64,000 nucleotides of DNA from an uncultured virus (IMG/VR IMGVR_UViG_3300028048_000070) (taxonomy: Duplodnaviria > Heunggongvirae > Uroviricota > Caudoviricetes). Position numbers and translations under genes: made by a program. The notes under the pieces are model-generated. The model was not told where the DNA came from and did no database searches. It was given only the letters and a program-made list of their open reading frames with translations. Of the stretch, positions 21,000 through 31,226 are shown piece by piece. The stretch lies in IMG/VR virus record IMGVR_UViG_3300028048_000070, positions 62,001 through 126,000 of that record. One strand, written 5' to 3'. How positions within the stretch are numbered: position 1 is the stretch's first letter; every line of letters begins with the position of its first letter.

Positions 21000-21710
21000 A
21001 TGACTATCTTAGGAAGTATCTATTTAATGGATGCAAATCATATAGAAACAACTAAGCATAATCTTGCTATATATTTTCCACCAAAAGCTGGGCCTGGACC
21101 TAATAGAATTTTATGCATGGATATGGATGAAACTTCTGATGAACTTGAACAGATGTTTCCAGATAAAGCCATGAAAGCTACTTTATTATGTCCACCTCCA
21201 TTAGCGATGTATAAAGAAATTGATGGAGATCAAGAAGGATTTATCCAAGCTTATAATGAATATCTTGAGTATGATGATTCTGTTCAAGAATTCATAGCTA
21301 CTATGCTGTATTTTATGCATATTGGAGGGAATATTTTATTAAATATTCCCTCTTATTTAGAAGATGAACCTATTTGGGTTCATACTTTAATGATGTTCTT
21401 TTATACAAGATATGGAATTAGTATGGGAATAATGGATCAAAGTTATTTTGCATATGATGATAAATATGATGACATTATCATAACTTTGTTATATCAAAAG
21501 AAGATGGTAGATGTATTCGATTTTATTAATTGTAATACTAATCCGTATCCAACATTTCCTCCAATTTTATATAATCAAATTGTTGATGATCTTATGGTCT
21601 TTTCTGGACCAGATAATGATCCGATGGAATTATATACAATTATGAAGGAAGCTTATATAACAACTGGTATTCCTATCACTAAACCAGTTATATATTTTGA
21701 TCAATATTAA
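21000..21710 (+). CDS. Hypothetical protein; distant paralog of 21927-22427
   Basis: F...Y..Y...D.......L.....G..(I/V)...I ... TRY.I pattern shared with 21927-22427. Confidence 0.75.
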   Translation: MTILGSIYLMDANHIETTKHNLAIYFPPKAGPGPNRILCMDMDETSDELEQMFPDKAMKATLLCPPPLAMYKEIDGDQEGFIQAYNEYLEYDDSVQEFIATMLYFMHIGGNILLNIPSYLEDEPIWVHTLMMFFYTRYGISMGIMDQSYFAYDDKYDDIIITLLYQKKMVDVFDFINCNTNPYPTFPPILYNQIVDDLMVFSGPDNDPMELYTIMKEAYITTGIPITKPVIYFDQY

Positions 21711-21720
21711 GGAGACTACT

Positions 21721-21933
21721 ATGGATAATGAAACTAAAGATAACTTTTTAAACAGAGAAAAGATTGTAGGTCCAATAGAATTTACTGTACGTATTGATGC
21801 TATTGGTGATGTATTTATTAATGGTAAATTCTATAGACAATTGTCATTTACACCTAATCAAATAGCTTTTGTTATTGAAGATTTTCTTAATGGTGTACCA
21901 GCAGATGATGAAGATAAGGAGATAGAATGTTAA
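21721..21933 (+). CDS. Small hypothetical protein
   Basis: AAGGAG RBS precedes ATG 21721. Confidence 0.7.
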   Translation: MDNETKDNFLNREKIVGPIEFTVRIDAIGDVFINGKFYRQLSFTPNQIAFVIEDFLNGVPADDEDKEIEC

Positions 21934-22427
21934 TATTTGGTCCTTATAGAGCAATACCAGATAATACTTTTACAGTATTTAATTTATCTTCTCAGAATCA
22001 GGCAATCGAAAGATTGCCTGGTTTATTAATGATTCCTAATTATGCTACTAGTATGACACAAGATCCAACAGGATATGAATATCAATTTGATCTTTGGTAT
22101 TATGATTATGTATTAAATGATCCGATTGCTTGTTCTTCATTAATGTCAATTTTAGATTGCATTTATAATGGACAAAAAGTCTATATCTGTATATCAGAAT
22201 ATTCATATGATAATGGAATATCTATGGTTAATGAATCATTTATGAAATTGATTCAAACTAGATATGATATTAAATATTCTATTATAAATGATCCTGAAGA
22301 TTATTTTTATATTTCACATGATGGCTGTGATTTTATGACAGTACAAGGTATTGTTACATTTGATGAAGATAGAAAAAGATTTCTTCAAATATGTGAAGAA
22401 AATAAAATTGTAGCTGGAGGAATATAG
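21927..22427 (+). CDS. Hypothetical protein
   Basis: AGGAG RBS, overlaps the upstream stop. Confidence 0.75.
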   Translation: MLIFGPYRAIPDNTFTVFNLSSQNQAIERLPGLLMIPNYATSMTQDPTGYEYQFDLWYYDYVLNDPIACSSLMSILDCIYNGQKVYICISEYSYDNGISMVNESFMKLIQTRYDIKYSIINDPEDYFYISHDGCDFMTVQGIVTFDEDRKRFLQICEENKIVAGGI

Positions 22428-22429
22428 TC

Positions 22430-22678
22430 ATGCCTGCTGAGATTATAGAGCATGGTAAATTATCTGATAAAAGAAATAAGTTTATTTATTTTACTTGTGA
22501 AAATCCAAATTGTGAATGCAAATTTAAAGTAAAAGATAATGATAAAGATTTAAATATTACTATTTCAAGATATGGATTCTTTTTTAAGAAAAGATCTATT
22601 AATTATTCTTATCATTGTCCAGAATGTAATAGGCTAGTAGAAGTAATTGAATTACCTGATGAAAATGATGATATATAA
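22430..22678 (+). CDS. Small zinc-ribbon protein
   Basis: CENPNC...CPEC. Confidence 0.7.
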   Translation: MPAEIIEHGKLSDKRNKFIYFTCENPNCECKFKVKDNDKDLNITISRYGFFFKKRSINYSYHCPECNRLVEVIELPDENDDI

Positions 22679-22692
22679 AGGAGAAAATAATT

Positions 22693-23133
22693 ATGCAGCT
22701 TGTGTTGAATATTGATGATGAATTATTTAAATCTTCTGATCTTGGGACAGAACTTAATAAAATTATTCATAGTGTATCTGATGAAGATTTAAAAATAATT
22801 GTAAAAGATATTCTTAAGGAATATCTTATGAAAGATGATGTAATTAAGAATTATTTTACAGAAACTAGTTTCAGATATAGTGGACCTAGTTCTTTAGGAC
22901 CTTCATTAGAACTTAAGAAAATAATAAATCAAATAGATTTTTCAGAAGAAATGAAAGATGTTAAAGAAAAATATATAAAAATTCTTAATGAAGATATAAA
23001 AGAAATCTTAATTGGTCAATTTGCTCAAGCATATGCTAGGGCATTTTCAAATCTTATTACAGAGGATAGAGATTTTAGTAATAGAATTAATAGTTCAATT
23101 TATAGAGCATTATCCACTGTCAATAATAAATAG
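22693..23133 (+). CDS. Hypothetical protein
   Basis: AAGGAG RBS; helical ORF. Confidence 0.75.
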   Translation: MQLVLNIDDELFKSSDLGTELNKIIHSVSDEDLKIIVKDILKEYLMKDDVIKNYFTETSFRYSGPSSLGPSLELKKIINQIDFSEEMKDVKEKYIKILNEDIKEILIGQFAQAYARAFSNLITEDRDFSNRINSSIYRALSTVNNK

Positions 23134-23143
23134 GTAAAGAATA

Positions 23144-23956
23144 ATGGCTTCTGAATTATGGAGAAATATAAATTATAAAACTCCAATAAAATATTTTATT
23201 AATACTTATATACGAGAATATGATTTATCTAAAGCAAATATAAATGCTTTATTATATCAAAAAATATTATCTAAAGATGAATATGATAGATTCTATAATA
23301 TGGATAAAAAAGAAAGAGAAGTTATTATCGGAAAAATGATATCCAGAGATAGATCTATTTATACTAATATTCAAACAGGTATTAAAGAAGCAAAAAGAAA
23401 ATTATTTATATCTAATAATTTAGAAGATATAGATATAGTATCTATTAAAAACGATGCAGTATTTATTGTAGGTAAATTATTGCCTTATACAGAATTTCCA
23501 CCTTTTAAATTTGTAATTAAAAATGAATATAATATATTTTTGCAATTACAAGAATTAGAGGTATATTATTCAGATAATTTTATAAATGGTGAATTCAATA
23601 TAAATATCGATATTAAAGGTATAGGAGATAATAATTTAATATTACATGAATATGGAATATTAGATATTATTTGTGAAATATGTAGAAGATTACAAAGAGA
23701 AAAAATAGAAGATACTATGAGTTATATTTCTATAATGTATGATAAATTTATAAATAGAGAATTGGGAAAAGAATATTATAGAAATTTTGATGCTTTCTCT
23801 ATGTATATAATTCCTACATTTTCAAGATTTGTTCAACTACCTGATATATCTGAAGAAATGAAATATGCTGTAGATATAAATAGAAATTTATCTATAATAA
23901 GAAATTTAGTAGGTATAGTATCAGAAATATATAGACAAAAAATAAGAAGAGGATAA
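23144..23956 (+). CDS. Small family-B DNA-polymerase-palm-like protein
   Basis: IREYDLSKAN (motif A-like) and IVSIKNDAVFI (motif C-like). Confidence 0.55.
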   Translation: MASELWRNINYKTPIKYFINTYIREYDLSKANINALLYQKILSKDEYDRFYNMDKKEREVIIGKMISRDRSIYTNIQTGIKEAKRKLFISNNLEDIDIVSIKNDAVFIVGKLLPYTEFPPFKFVIKNEYNIFLQLQELEVYYSDNFINGEFNINIDIKGIGDNNLILHEYGILDIICEICRRLQREKIEDTMSYISIMYDKFINRELGKEYYRNFDAFSMYIIPTFSRFVQLPDISEEMKYAVDINRNLSIIRNLVGIVSEIYRQKIRRG

Positions 23957-24067
23957 TATTCCTCTTCTTATTTTTTTAAAAAATTAAAATTTTTAATTAG
24001 ATGATATAAAATTGTAATAAAAGAATAAATAATTTTTATTTTGAAATAGGATAAAAGGAGAATAAAA

Positions 24068-24607
24068 ATGGAAATTAAGAAAAATGGAGCTATTATGCAG
24101 TTTGTGAACCTGTTAGATTCTTATAACTTTGACTATATCAAGATGGTTATTGATCTTGATACCAATCATTGTTTTATCATCATGGAAAATACGGATGAGA
24201 AATTTATTCCAATCGATATAAATATCTTGCATTTTGTTAATCATGATCCTGTTGAAATTGTAAGAATTCTGGCAATGCTGGAAGATACATTCAGCGGAAA
24301 TTGCATAACTGTATACAAAGGCAAAAAGTATTCAGACTTCTTTTGGCCTTTTAAGAGTTTTGACATCAATGATTCTGCATGGAAGGAAAAAGTAAAAAAT
24401 GAGATCATGACTGTTGCTAATAGTTTCGAAGAGGATCCTAGAGATCCAATCGAATGGAAGTTTTTACACGATGCATTCAGATATGTTTTCAACATTTTTA
24501 TGAAATACGTCGAAGCATCTTATGATGGAAAGGAGTTTTTCAAAGAAGAAATAGAAGATTTAAAATGGTTAATGGATAAATTTAATGTGAATAAAGATGC
24601 AGTTTGA
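24068..24607 (+). CDS. Hypothetical protein
   Basis: AAGGAG RBS; flanked by hairpins at ~23941-23972 and ~24590-24620. Confidence 0.75.
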   Translation: MEIKKNGAIMQFVNLLDSYNFDYIKMVIDLDTNHCFIIMENTDEKFIPIDINILHFVNHDPVEIVRILAMLEDTFSGNCITVYKGKKYSDFFWPFKSFDINDSAWKEKVKNEIMTVANSFEEDPRDPIEWKFLHDAFRYVFNIFMKYVEASYDGKEFFKEEIEDLKWLMDKFNVNKDAV

Positions 24608-24645
24608 CTGCATCTTTATTTTTTAATAAATTATAATTTAATTAT

Positions 24646-24660
24646 ATATTATAATATTGA
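24646..24660 (+). promoter_or_regulatory. Putative early promoter motif ATATTATAATATTGA
   Basis: Identical to 14127 and 36086(-). Confidence 0.55.
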
Positions 24661-24709
24661 TAAATAATATAATATTTATCAATATTATTAAGAAAGGAAT
24701 AGATTTATT

Positions 24710-25156
24710 ATGGATTTATTTAATGGAAAATATTTTAAAGAAAATAATAAAAGAATAGTAATTACAGAAGATTATATTTATAAAAATACAAATGATAAAT
24801 ATTCTATATCTATTGATATTGGGGAAGGAAGAGAATCATCATTTTTATTAGATCCATATATTAAAATTTATAATTCACCAGATTTTAGAAAAGCAACTAA
24901 AGTAGCTAGAATTAGTCTTATTACAGGAAATTATATTTCGCATGAAGGAAAGCCTTTATTAAATATAAATTCATCTATATTAAAATGGATTATAAATACT
25001 TTATTAAAACCTTCAACTAATAAAAAGTATTCTAATATGATCGTATATGATGCAATTTGGGCTTTTATATATGATACAGGAGAAAGATATAAACTTAAAT
25101 GTGCAGAGAAAGTAGATATTAATATATTCATAAATAATTTGAAAGAGAATAGATAA
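24710..25156 (+). CDS. Hypothetical protein
   Basis: AAGGA RBS; DPYIKIYN...VARISL motif. Confidence 0.7.
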   Translation: MDLFNGKYFKENNKRIVITEDYIYKNTNDKYSISIDIGEGRESSFLLDPYIKIYNSPDFRKATKVARISLITGNYISHEGKPLLNINSSILKWIINTLLKPSTNKKYSNMIVYDAIWAFIYDTGERYKLKCAEKVDINIFINNLKENR

Positions 25157-25157
25157 A

Positions 25158-25565
25158 ATGATTAATATTGAATATGAAAGATATTATCACTGTGATACAA
25201 ATTCATCATGGTTTCATAGAGATGGTGATGTTATAGCACCTCTTGCTGTAATTCATCATATGCCAAATGATATAGAATGTTTTTATATACCATTTATAGA
25301 TGAGCCTGATATAGAGGAAAAAGGGATATATGGATATTATATATCTATGTATGAACCTAAATATGTTATAGAGACTAAAAATAAATTGACTAAAGATATG
25401 AAAGAATCTCTTATGAGAATACTTAATAATGGTGGATGGGAGAAACTTATTGAAGCGTTTGAAGAAGAATGTGGAGATAATTGTTCTGCTACATTAGAAG
25501 AATGCAGACATAAGTTTAGACAATTTCCTGAAACTCCTCCTAATTATTTATTATTACCAGAATAA
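25158..25565 (+). CDS. Hypothetical protein of the 'W...P(D/N)Y' family
   Basis: ISMYEPKY...KLTK...WE...PPNYLLL parallels IYLFKAEY...KLSS...NW...MPDYNLL of 35712-36047. Confidence 0.7.
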   Translation: MINIEYERYYHCDTNSSWFHRDGDVIAPLAVIHHMPNDIECFYIPFIDEPDIEEKGIYGYYISMYEPKYVIETKNKLTKDMKESLMRILNNGGWEKLIEAFEEECGDNCSATLEECRHKFRQFPETPPNYLLLPE

Positions 25566-25606
25566 TGAAAACAAAATAAAGAGAGGATGACTCCTCTCTT
25601 TATTTT

Positions 25607-26107
25607 TTAAAAAGTATTAATATTTTTTAATCCTACATTAGCAGTATCAGAGTCAGAATTCTGTTGAATACTATAATTTAACACTTCTAATTTAGCTCTA
25701 TTCTTAATACTCTCTAACATCTCTTCTTCTGTCTCAAATGGATATCCTATAGATAATTTTAATTTAATAGTATCTGTCATTTCTAACATTATTTTTTTCA
25801 TTATATATTGAATAGCAGCTTCCATATTTTGTTCATTCATATAATTTTCACTAGAAGGATCTATATTATATATCTGCCATTCCATTAATGACTGCTTTAC
25901 CAGATAATCCATTAAGGCTCTAGAGTCCTGAACCGAATAATTGCTCTTCTGTATAAATTTGTCCCGTTCCTTGACTATTTCTGAGATGCTTATTATCATT
26001 TTTTGATAATTGGTTAACTTCATAGAAATTACCATTAATATAGCCATTAGAAGTATTGTTGAAATTACTAAAATTAGTATAATTGCTGTTGTATAAGTTA
26101 TATTCAT
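25607..26107 (-). CDS. Membrane-anchored hypothetical protein
   Basis: GGGGAG RBS before ATG 26107 (MNITYTT...); N-terminal TM helix; overlaps the upstream gene by 188 nt. Confidence 0.7.
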   Translation of the reverse strand: MNITYTTAIILILVISTILLMAILMVISMKLTNYQKMIISISEIVKERDKFIQKSNYSVQDSRALMDYLVKQSLMEWQIYNIDPSSENYMNEQNMEAAIQYIMKKIMLEMTDTIKLKLSIGYPFETEEEMLESIKNRAKLEVLNYSIQQNSDSDTANVGLKNINTF

Positions 26108-26798
26108 TATAATCTCCCCAAGATCTAATAGTATTTGAAAGTTGGTAATATGGTAATTCTGTAAGTTCATTATTTTTTTGGCATTTTTCTATATATCTTA
26201 CTACTTTATATGCTATATCCATTGTAATACCATAACTATATTTCTTTAATAATAAAACCCAATTTCCAAAGCACATATTAATTGGTATATACATATCTGG
26301 ATTAGCATGATATAACTGATGTGCTGTTTCAGATAGCATAACTATGGGTATATTATTTTCTCTATGTTCTTGAATTAATAAATTTATAATATCAAAGGTA
26401 GTACATCTTCCCACTGTATTTAATATATGCTGAGAAATTAATATAGTAATATCATATATTGTTAAGAAGTTATGATGCATTTCTATATCAGCCATACCAT
26501 CTTGTATATTTCCATTTATTTGGCATCTATCTAAACCCATACTCATCAGATATGCTTTATATCCTTTATATGCTCTAGACTTTCTAAATCTATGAATACA
26601 ATTATCTATAAATCTTTTATATGTATCTACATCAGCTAATGTTTCTCTAGTTTGATAAAACTGTAATGGATATGGAGCTATTGAAAAATATAATGTAGCT
26701 ATAGGTGTATTAGGATTTATAAATTCTCTTGCCATATATACATCTATATCTTTTTTATCTGCTATTTTGGTAGATTCATTTAATGTTAAATCATTCAT
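25920..26798 (-). CDS. Conserved phage protein with HNH-like His motifs; paralog of 6598-7431
   Basis: DRCQI...IEMHH...AHQLYH; AGGAG RBS. Confidence 0.7.
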   Translation of the reverse strand: MNDLTLNESTKIADKKDIDVYMAREFINPNTPIATLYFSIAPYPLQFYQTRETLADVDTYKRFIDNCIHRFRKSRAYKGYKAYLMSMGLDRCQINGNIQDGMADIEMHHNFLTIYDITILISQHILNTVGRCTTFDIINLLIQEHRENNIPIVMLSETAHQLYHANPDMYIPINMCFGNWVLLLKKYSYGITMDIAYKVVRYIEKCQKNNELTELPYYQLSNTIRSWGDYNEYNLYNSNYTNFSNFNNTSNGYINGNFYEVNQLSKNDNKHLRNSQGTGQIYTEEQLFGSGL

Positions 26799-26906
26799 TT
26801 TTATATATCTCCTATTATAATTATTAAAAAGTAAATATTCTCTACTTTTACTACTTAAAATTAAATAATTATATTTTTTATTTTATTAAAGGAGAAAAAT
26901 AATAAA

Positions 26907-27662
26907 ATGCCAAGAGAAAAAAGAACTTTTAGAGAACCTAATGAAAAAGAAATTGAAACTATAATTAAAATGTATAAGGAAAAAAAATCATTAGAAGAAA
27001 TTGCAATATCAACAGGATTTTTAAAAAGTACAATAAGAAAATGTATTATTCTTGAAAGTGATATTAAGATTCCTATTGATGAAGAAGAATCAAAATATTT
27101 TAAAGAATTATATAAAAAAGGTAAAACTTTATTTGATATATCTAATATAACAGGACGTAGTATAGAGAGTATTAGACCTCATCTTAATACAATAATTCAG
27201 AAGAGAAGAAAAAAAGAATTAGAAAAAAGATTAAAAGAATTTCATTCTCGTATATCTGACATGAAAGATTATGATGTAATAAAAATATATATGGATTGTA
27301 GTTATGACATTTCTGATATTGCTAAAGGATATGAAGAATCAGAAGAGCTTGTAAGAGCAATAATTGAAAATTATGTAAATACTAGTATTAATTATGAAAA
27401 TTTATTTAAGAAACCTATTAGAAGTATTAATATTAAAATCTTTAGAGATTTCTTTTGTGAAATTGGAAAAGAATATTATATAAATACTCATAGCGATATA
27501 AATATTAATTCACATCATAGACCCAAAAAATTATATTCTTCTAAAAAAATTATAATAAAAACAAAATATCCAAAAATAATAATTACTGAAGAAGGTGAAA
27601 CCTATTCCTATAATGATATTTTAAGTTGTGAAGATAATATTAATAAAAATGAAGAAGTATAA
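26907..27662 (+). CDS. Multi-HTH DNA-binding protein
   Basis: Repeated HTH-like units: KSLEEIAISTGFLKSTIRK, KTLFDISNITGRSIESIR, YDISDIAKGYEESEELVR. Confidence 0.7.
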   Translation: MPREKRTFREPNEKEIETIIKMYKEKKSLEEIAISTGFLKSTIRKCIILESDIKIPIDEEESKYFKELYKKGKTLFDISNITGRSIESIRPHLNTIIQKRRKKELEKRLKEFHSRISDMKDYDVIKIYMDCSYDISDIAKGYEESEELVRAIIENYVNTSINYENLFKKPIRSINIKIFRDFFCEIGKEYYINTHSDININSHHRPKKLYSSKKIIIKTKYPKIIITEEGETYSYNDILSCEDNINKNEEV

Positions 27663-27667
27663 TAATT

Positions 27668-27679
27668 GACATCTATGTA
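27668..27679 (+). promoter_or_regulatory. Putative late promoter GACA-N6-TA
   Basis: GACA tctatg TA, 27 nt before the structural gene start. Confidence 0.45.
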
Positions 27680-27705
27680 ATAGTCCTTGTGTATTGGAGG
27701 AATAG

Positions 27706-30700
27706 ATGGAAAAAGTAACTTTAGCTAGTAAAGTTTTTACTGAAAATCCATTATTAGATGAAATTATCTATAATGCTAGACAATTAGCTACTGGTACTAT
27801 ATTAAAAGATATAGATAGAGCTAATAATGCAGAAACATTAGAATCTATTAGAGCTGGAGATGTTTTAATAAGTATTAAGAGAGGCCATTCTAATTTTAAT
27901 TACTTTCATTATGATGAAACTTTATTAAGACAAATCTCTGGATTAACAGAGGATCAAATTATTGAATATGCTGCAGATAATGATAAGATCCCTAAAGGAG
28001 ATATTAGGACTCAGTTATATAATATGGCTGAAGAACTATTCTTGAATAATTATATAGAATATAATAATTATTATAGAATGCTTCATGGAGAACCTAATTA
28101 TGATGAGACAGGAGTCTGGGAAGGTCTTTGGATAGATAATAATTATATAGATGAAGAGATTCCTACTTCTATTGATCATGTTTCTATAACTTATAAAGAA
28201 GAATATGATAGTTATGGTAATCTAATTTCAGATTATAAATTAATTCATGAATTATCATTATCTAAGCAGATTATTCTTGATTCTAATGGTACATTAGAAA
28301 ATATTGTAAATAATGAATCTTGGCTAATTTCTAATGAATTAACAAAAGATGATGTAATTTATTTACTTCATATGGGCGATAGGCAAGTAGATTATTATGA
28401 TGCTAGGGTAGCAGAGAAGTTTGCTATGCTTTATTGTCCTTCTTGTGATTCAGATGAGGTAAGAACAAGATATAAAGATTTATTAGAAGCTAATAGATTA
28501 TATTTACTTTATACAGTATATTCTGAAGCTTATAAATATAGATCTGATTATTATGATAATTTTATGATGGTATTTCTTATTATTCAAACTATTATTGATA
28601 TGATAGTAGAATTACCAGAATATTTAATTAGAAGAGATGTATTTGATACAAGAACCTGTAAATATATTTTCGAATCTAATGGGGTTAAATATTTTAATGA
28701 TATTCCTCTTAGATATCAAATTTCTCTTGTAAAGAATCTTAATAAATTGATTAAATTTAAATCTACAGATAAATGTATTGTAGATATTATATCAATATTT
28801 GGATTTAGAAATATAAATGCTTTTAAATATTATATTTTAAAAGATCATAATGTAAATAATCCAGACGATTTAGATTATTATAGTAATACTAAAGTAATTA
28901 CTAATGAAGATGGAACTAAAGATATAGTAACAGATAATGATTCTAATTATGATATTAAGTTTATTAAAGTTCCTCTTTTAGATCAAATTTATGATAATTA
29001 TGCTAAGAAAGATTCTAATATTTTAGAATATGATGAGCTTACTGTACCTGATGCTTATTGGGTTGGTGATAAAACTTATGATACTGTAAAATCTGGAGTT
29101 AAAGATTTAGATTTTACAATATTAAGATCTAAATATTATACTATAGAAGCTGTTATAGATTTAGCACAAAGAAATTTCTCTCTTGTCTATTTTATGAATA
29201 TTCTTATGTATAATAAAATAGATAAATCTGCTTTAAGAATTAGCTTACCTAATATATCTACTACTAAGAAAGTAGAATTAGTAAATGCTATTTTAGCATT
29301 ATATTCTCTTGGATATATCTATTATGGAGTAGAAGATACTATTTTAGATAGTAGGTCTAAAGTAGCAGAAATACTAGGATTTAATATGGAAGCAGATTTT
29401 GCTACTATAGCACAGTATTTGCATGAAAATCATAGAGGATTAACTTTAGAAGAATTGTCATATGGGCATGATGCTGTAGAAAGACCTGGATTTACTATTC
29501 CAGATGAAAAGATATATAGTTTTGAAGAATTAAGAGCTATATTTTTAAATAACAGAGATATCTATAAACATGTATTAGAAGTTATGGCTAATCCTCCTAG
29601 TAAAGAAGTATATGATGCTTATAGATATTTATATAAAACTTTATTTATTATGAATAGAAATATGGAGTATTTCTTAGTAGGAGATAATGATGTAGTAGAT
29701 ACATATAAAGCTAATGGATATACTACTAAATTCATTAATATTCCTAGACCAGAGAATTATCAGAACCCTGATGTCTATGAATATGATATGAAATGTCTTA
29801 CTAGTACTTGTGATGAAAATACTTTATATTTTGAAATGAGAGATGATTTTGATGAAACTCATTTATTTGATCTTTATATTTATGATCCAGAAGATGAAGA
29901 TTTTGTTTCTTTAAATGCAACTGCTAGAATGGCTAGTACTTATACAGAATTTATGAGATATAATGATGGAAATGTTTATAAATTCTTAGTACAAGTTGCT
30001 GCTATTGATGATGAAGCTAAGAGACAAGAAACTTGTATAAATGCTATTCAACAAATTATTGGATATATTAAAGATTATATAGATGAAGATAAGACAGAAG
30101 TATATATGGATGATGTATTCTCTGGTTTACCTTCTGTATCATTAGAATTTGTTAAATCTTATATAGAGGAAGTAATAGACTTCTTCAAATCATTTAAAAT
30201 ATTTACGCATCAGTCTTCCATTATTTATGTAATAGATGATAAGTTCGATCAATATATACAATTAATAGATCATATATTAATTAAATACTTATTTGATAAA
30301 GCTGATATTATTAAGATTGAAGATTATATTTCTAATGCTAATATCAATCTTTCTAAAGAAGAAAGAGCTAAGCTTATAGATAAAGTATGGTTTAGTATGG
30401 ATTGGTGGCTTAGAAAGAATTATTCTGAATATTATGAAAATAATAGAAATGCTTTAGAGAATAATGGAAAACATAAATTTATTTATTATTGCCCTCAATG
30501 TGGAGCAGAATTAAGTGCTTCTGATACAGTATGTCCTAATTGTGGGGTAGAAAATAAAGTTCCTATTACTTTTGATAAATATGCCCATTTTAATAAAGCT
30601 ATTAAAGATTATGCTGATGTAAGAAGTACATATTATTTTAAAGATGATGTATTCAATCCAGATAATCATTATATAAGACAATTAGAAATTTATGCTGTTG

Positions 30701-31167
30701 ATGCTATATTACATATGCTTGTAGATATTACATATTCAGATAATATTAATATAGAAGAAGCTATTGATAGTATGACTGAAACTAAGTATTTAGTAGAATA
30801 TATTAATGAATGGATAGCAGATACTTGTTTAATATTAGTGAATCTCTCTTTAGATGATGGAGAAATTTGTTGTACTAAATATTTCTGCCCTAATTGTGGG
30901 AAAGAAATAGAATCTAATACAACTACTTGTCCATATTGTAATTCTATAGTATTTGAACCTATCACTAAATATCGTAGAATTACTAATATAAAAGATACAT
31001 TAAATAAAATATCTACTCTTAATCTTAATTATGCTTTAAATCTTAGAGAATCTATAATGAATATAAGTAATAATATAAGTCTCTATGAACCTTCATATAG
31101 ACTTTATGATAACTGTTATACTATTATTACTCAGGAATTTCCTGCTCATGTATTTATAGATACATAA
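27706..31167 (+). CDS. Large virion structural protein, probable baseplate wedge, with two double zinc ribbons
   Basis: N.YYRML.G.P and KNLNKLIKFKSTDKCIVDII resemble jumbo-phage baseplate proteins; CPQC...CPNC and CPNC...CPYC near the C-terminus. Confidence 0.6.
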   Translation: MEKVTLASKVFTENPLLDEIIYNARQLATGTILKDIDRANNAETLESIRAGDVLISIKRGHSNFNYFHYDETLLRQISGLTEDQIIEYAADNDKIPKGDIRTQLYNMAEELFLNNYIEYNNYYRMLHGEPNYDETGVWEGLWIDNNYIDEEIPTSIDHVSITYKEEYDSYGNLISDYKLIHELSLSKQIILDSNGTLENIVNNESWLISNELTKDDVIYLLHMGDRQVDYYDARVAEKFAMLYCPSCDSDEVRTRYKDLLEANRLYLLYTVYSEAYKYRSDYYDNFMMVFLIIQTIIDMIVELPEYLIRRDVFDTRTCKYIFESNGVKYFNDIPLRYQISLVKNLNKLIKFKSTDKCIVDIISIFGFRNINAFKYYILKDHNVNNPDDLDYYSNTKVITNEDGTKDIVTDNDSNYDIKFIKVPLLDQIYDNYAKKDSNILEYDELTVPDAYWVGDKTYDTVKSGVKDLDFTILRSKYYTIEAVIDLAQRNFSLVYFMNILMYNKIDKSALRISLPNISTTKKVELVNAILALYSLGYIYYGVEDTILDSRSKVAEILGFNMEADFATIAQYLHENHRGLTLEELSYGHDAVERPGFTIPDEKIYSFEELRAIFLNNRDIYKHVLEVMANPPSKEVYDAYRYLYKTLFIMNRNMEYFLVGDNDVVDTYKANGYTTKFINIPRPENYQNPDVYEYDMKCLTSTCDENTLYFEMRDDFDETHLFDLYIYDPEDEDFVSLNATARMASTYTEFMRYNDGNVYKFLVQVAAIDDEAKRQETCINAIQQIIGYIKDYIDEDKTEVYMDDVFSGLPSVSLEFVKSYIEEVIDFFKSFKIFTHQSSIIYVIDDKFDQYIQLIDHILIKYLFDKADIIKIEDYISNANINLSKEERAKLIDKVWFSMDWWLRKNYSEYYENNRNALENNGKHKFIYYCPQCGAELSASDTVCPNCGVENKVPITFDKYAHFNKAIKDYADVRSTYYFKDDVFNPDNHYIRQLEIYAVDAILHMLVDITYSDNINIEEAIDSMTETKYLVEYINEWIADTCLILVNLSLDDGEICCTKYFCPNCGKEIESNTTTCPYCNSIVFEPITKYRRITNIKDTLNKISTLNLNYALNLRESIMNISNNISLYEPSYRLYDNCYTIITQEFPAHVFIDT

Positions 31168-31181
31168 TAGCTTATTAGCTG

Positions 31182-31193
31182 AACATTCAATTA
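31182..31193 (+). promoter_or_regulatory. Putative late promoter AACA-N6-TA
   Basis: AACA ttcaat TA upstream of 31227. Confidence 0.5.
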
Positions 31194-31226
31194 ATTACGT
31201 TAACATATTATGGGAGGTTAATTATA

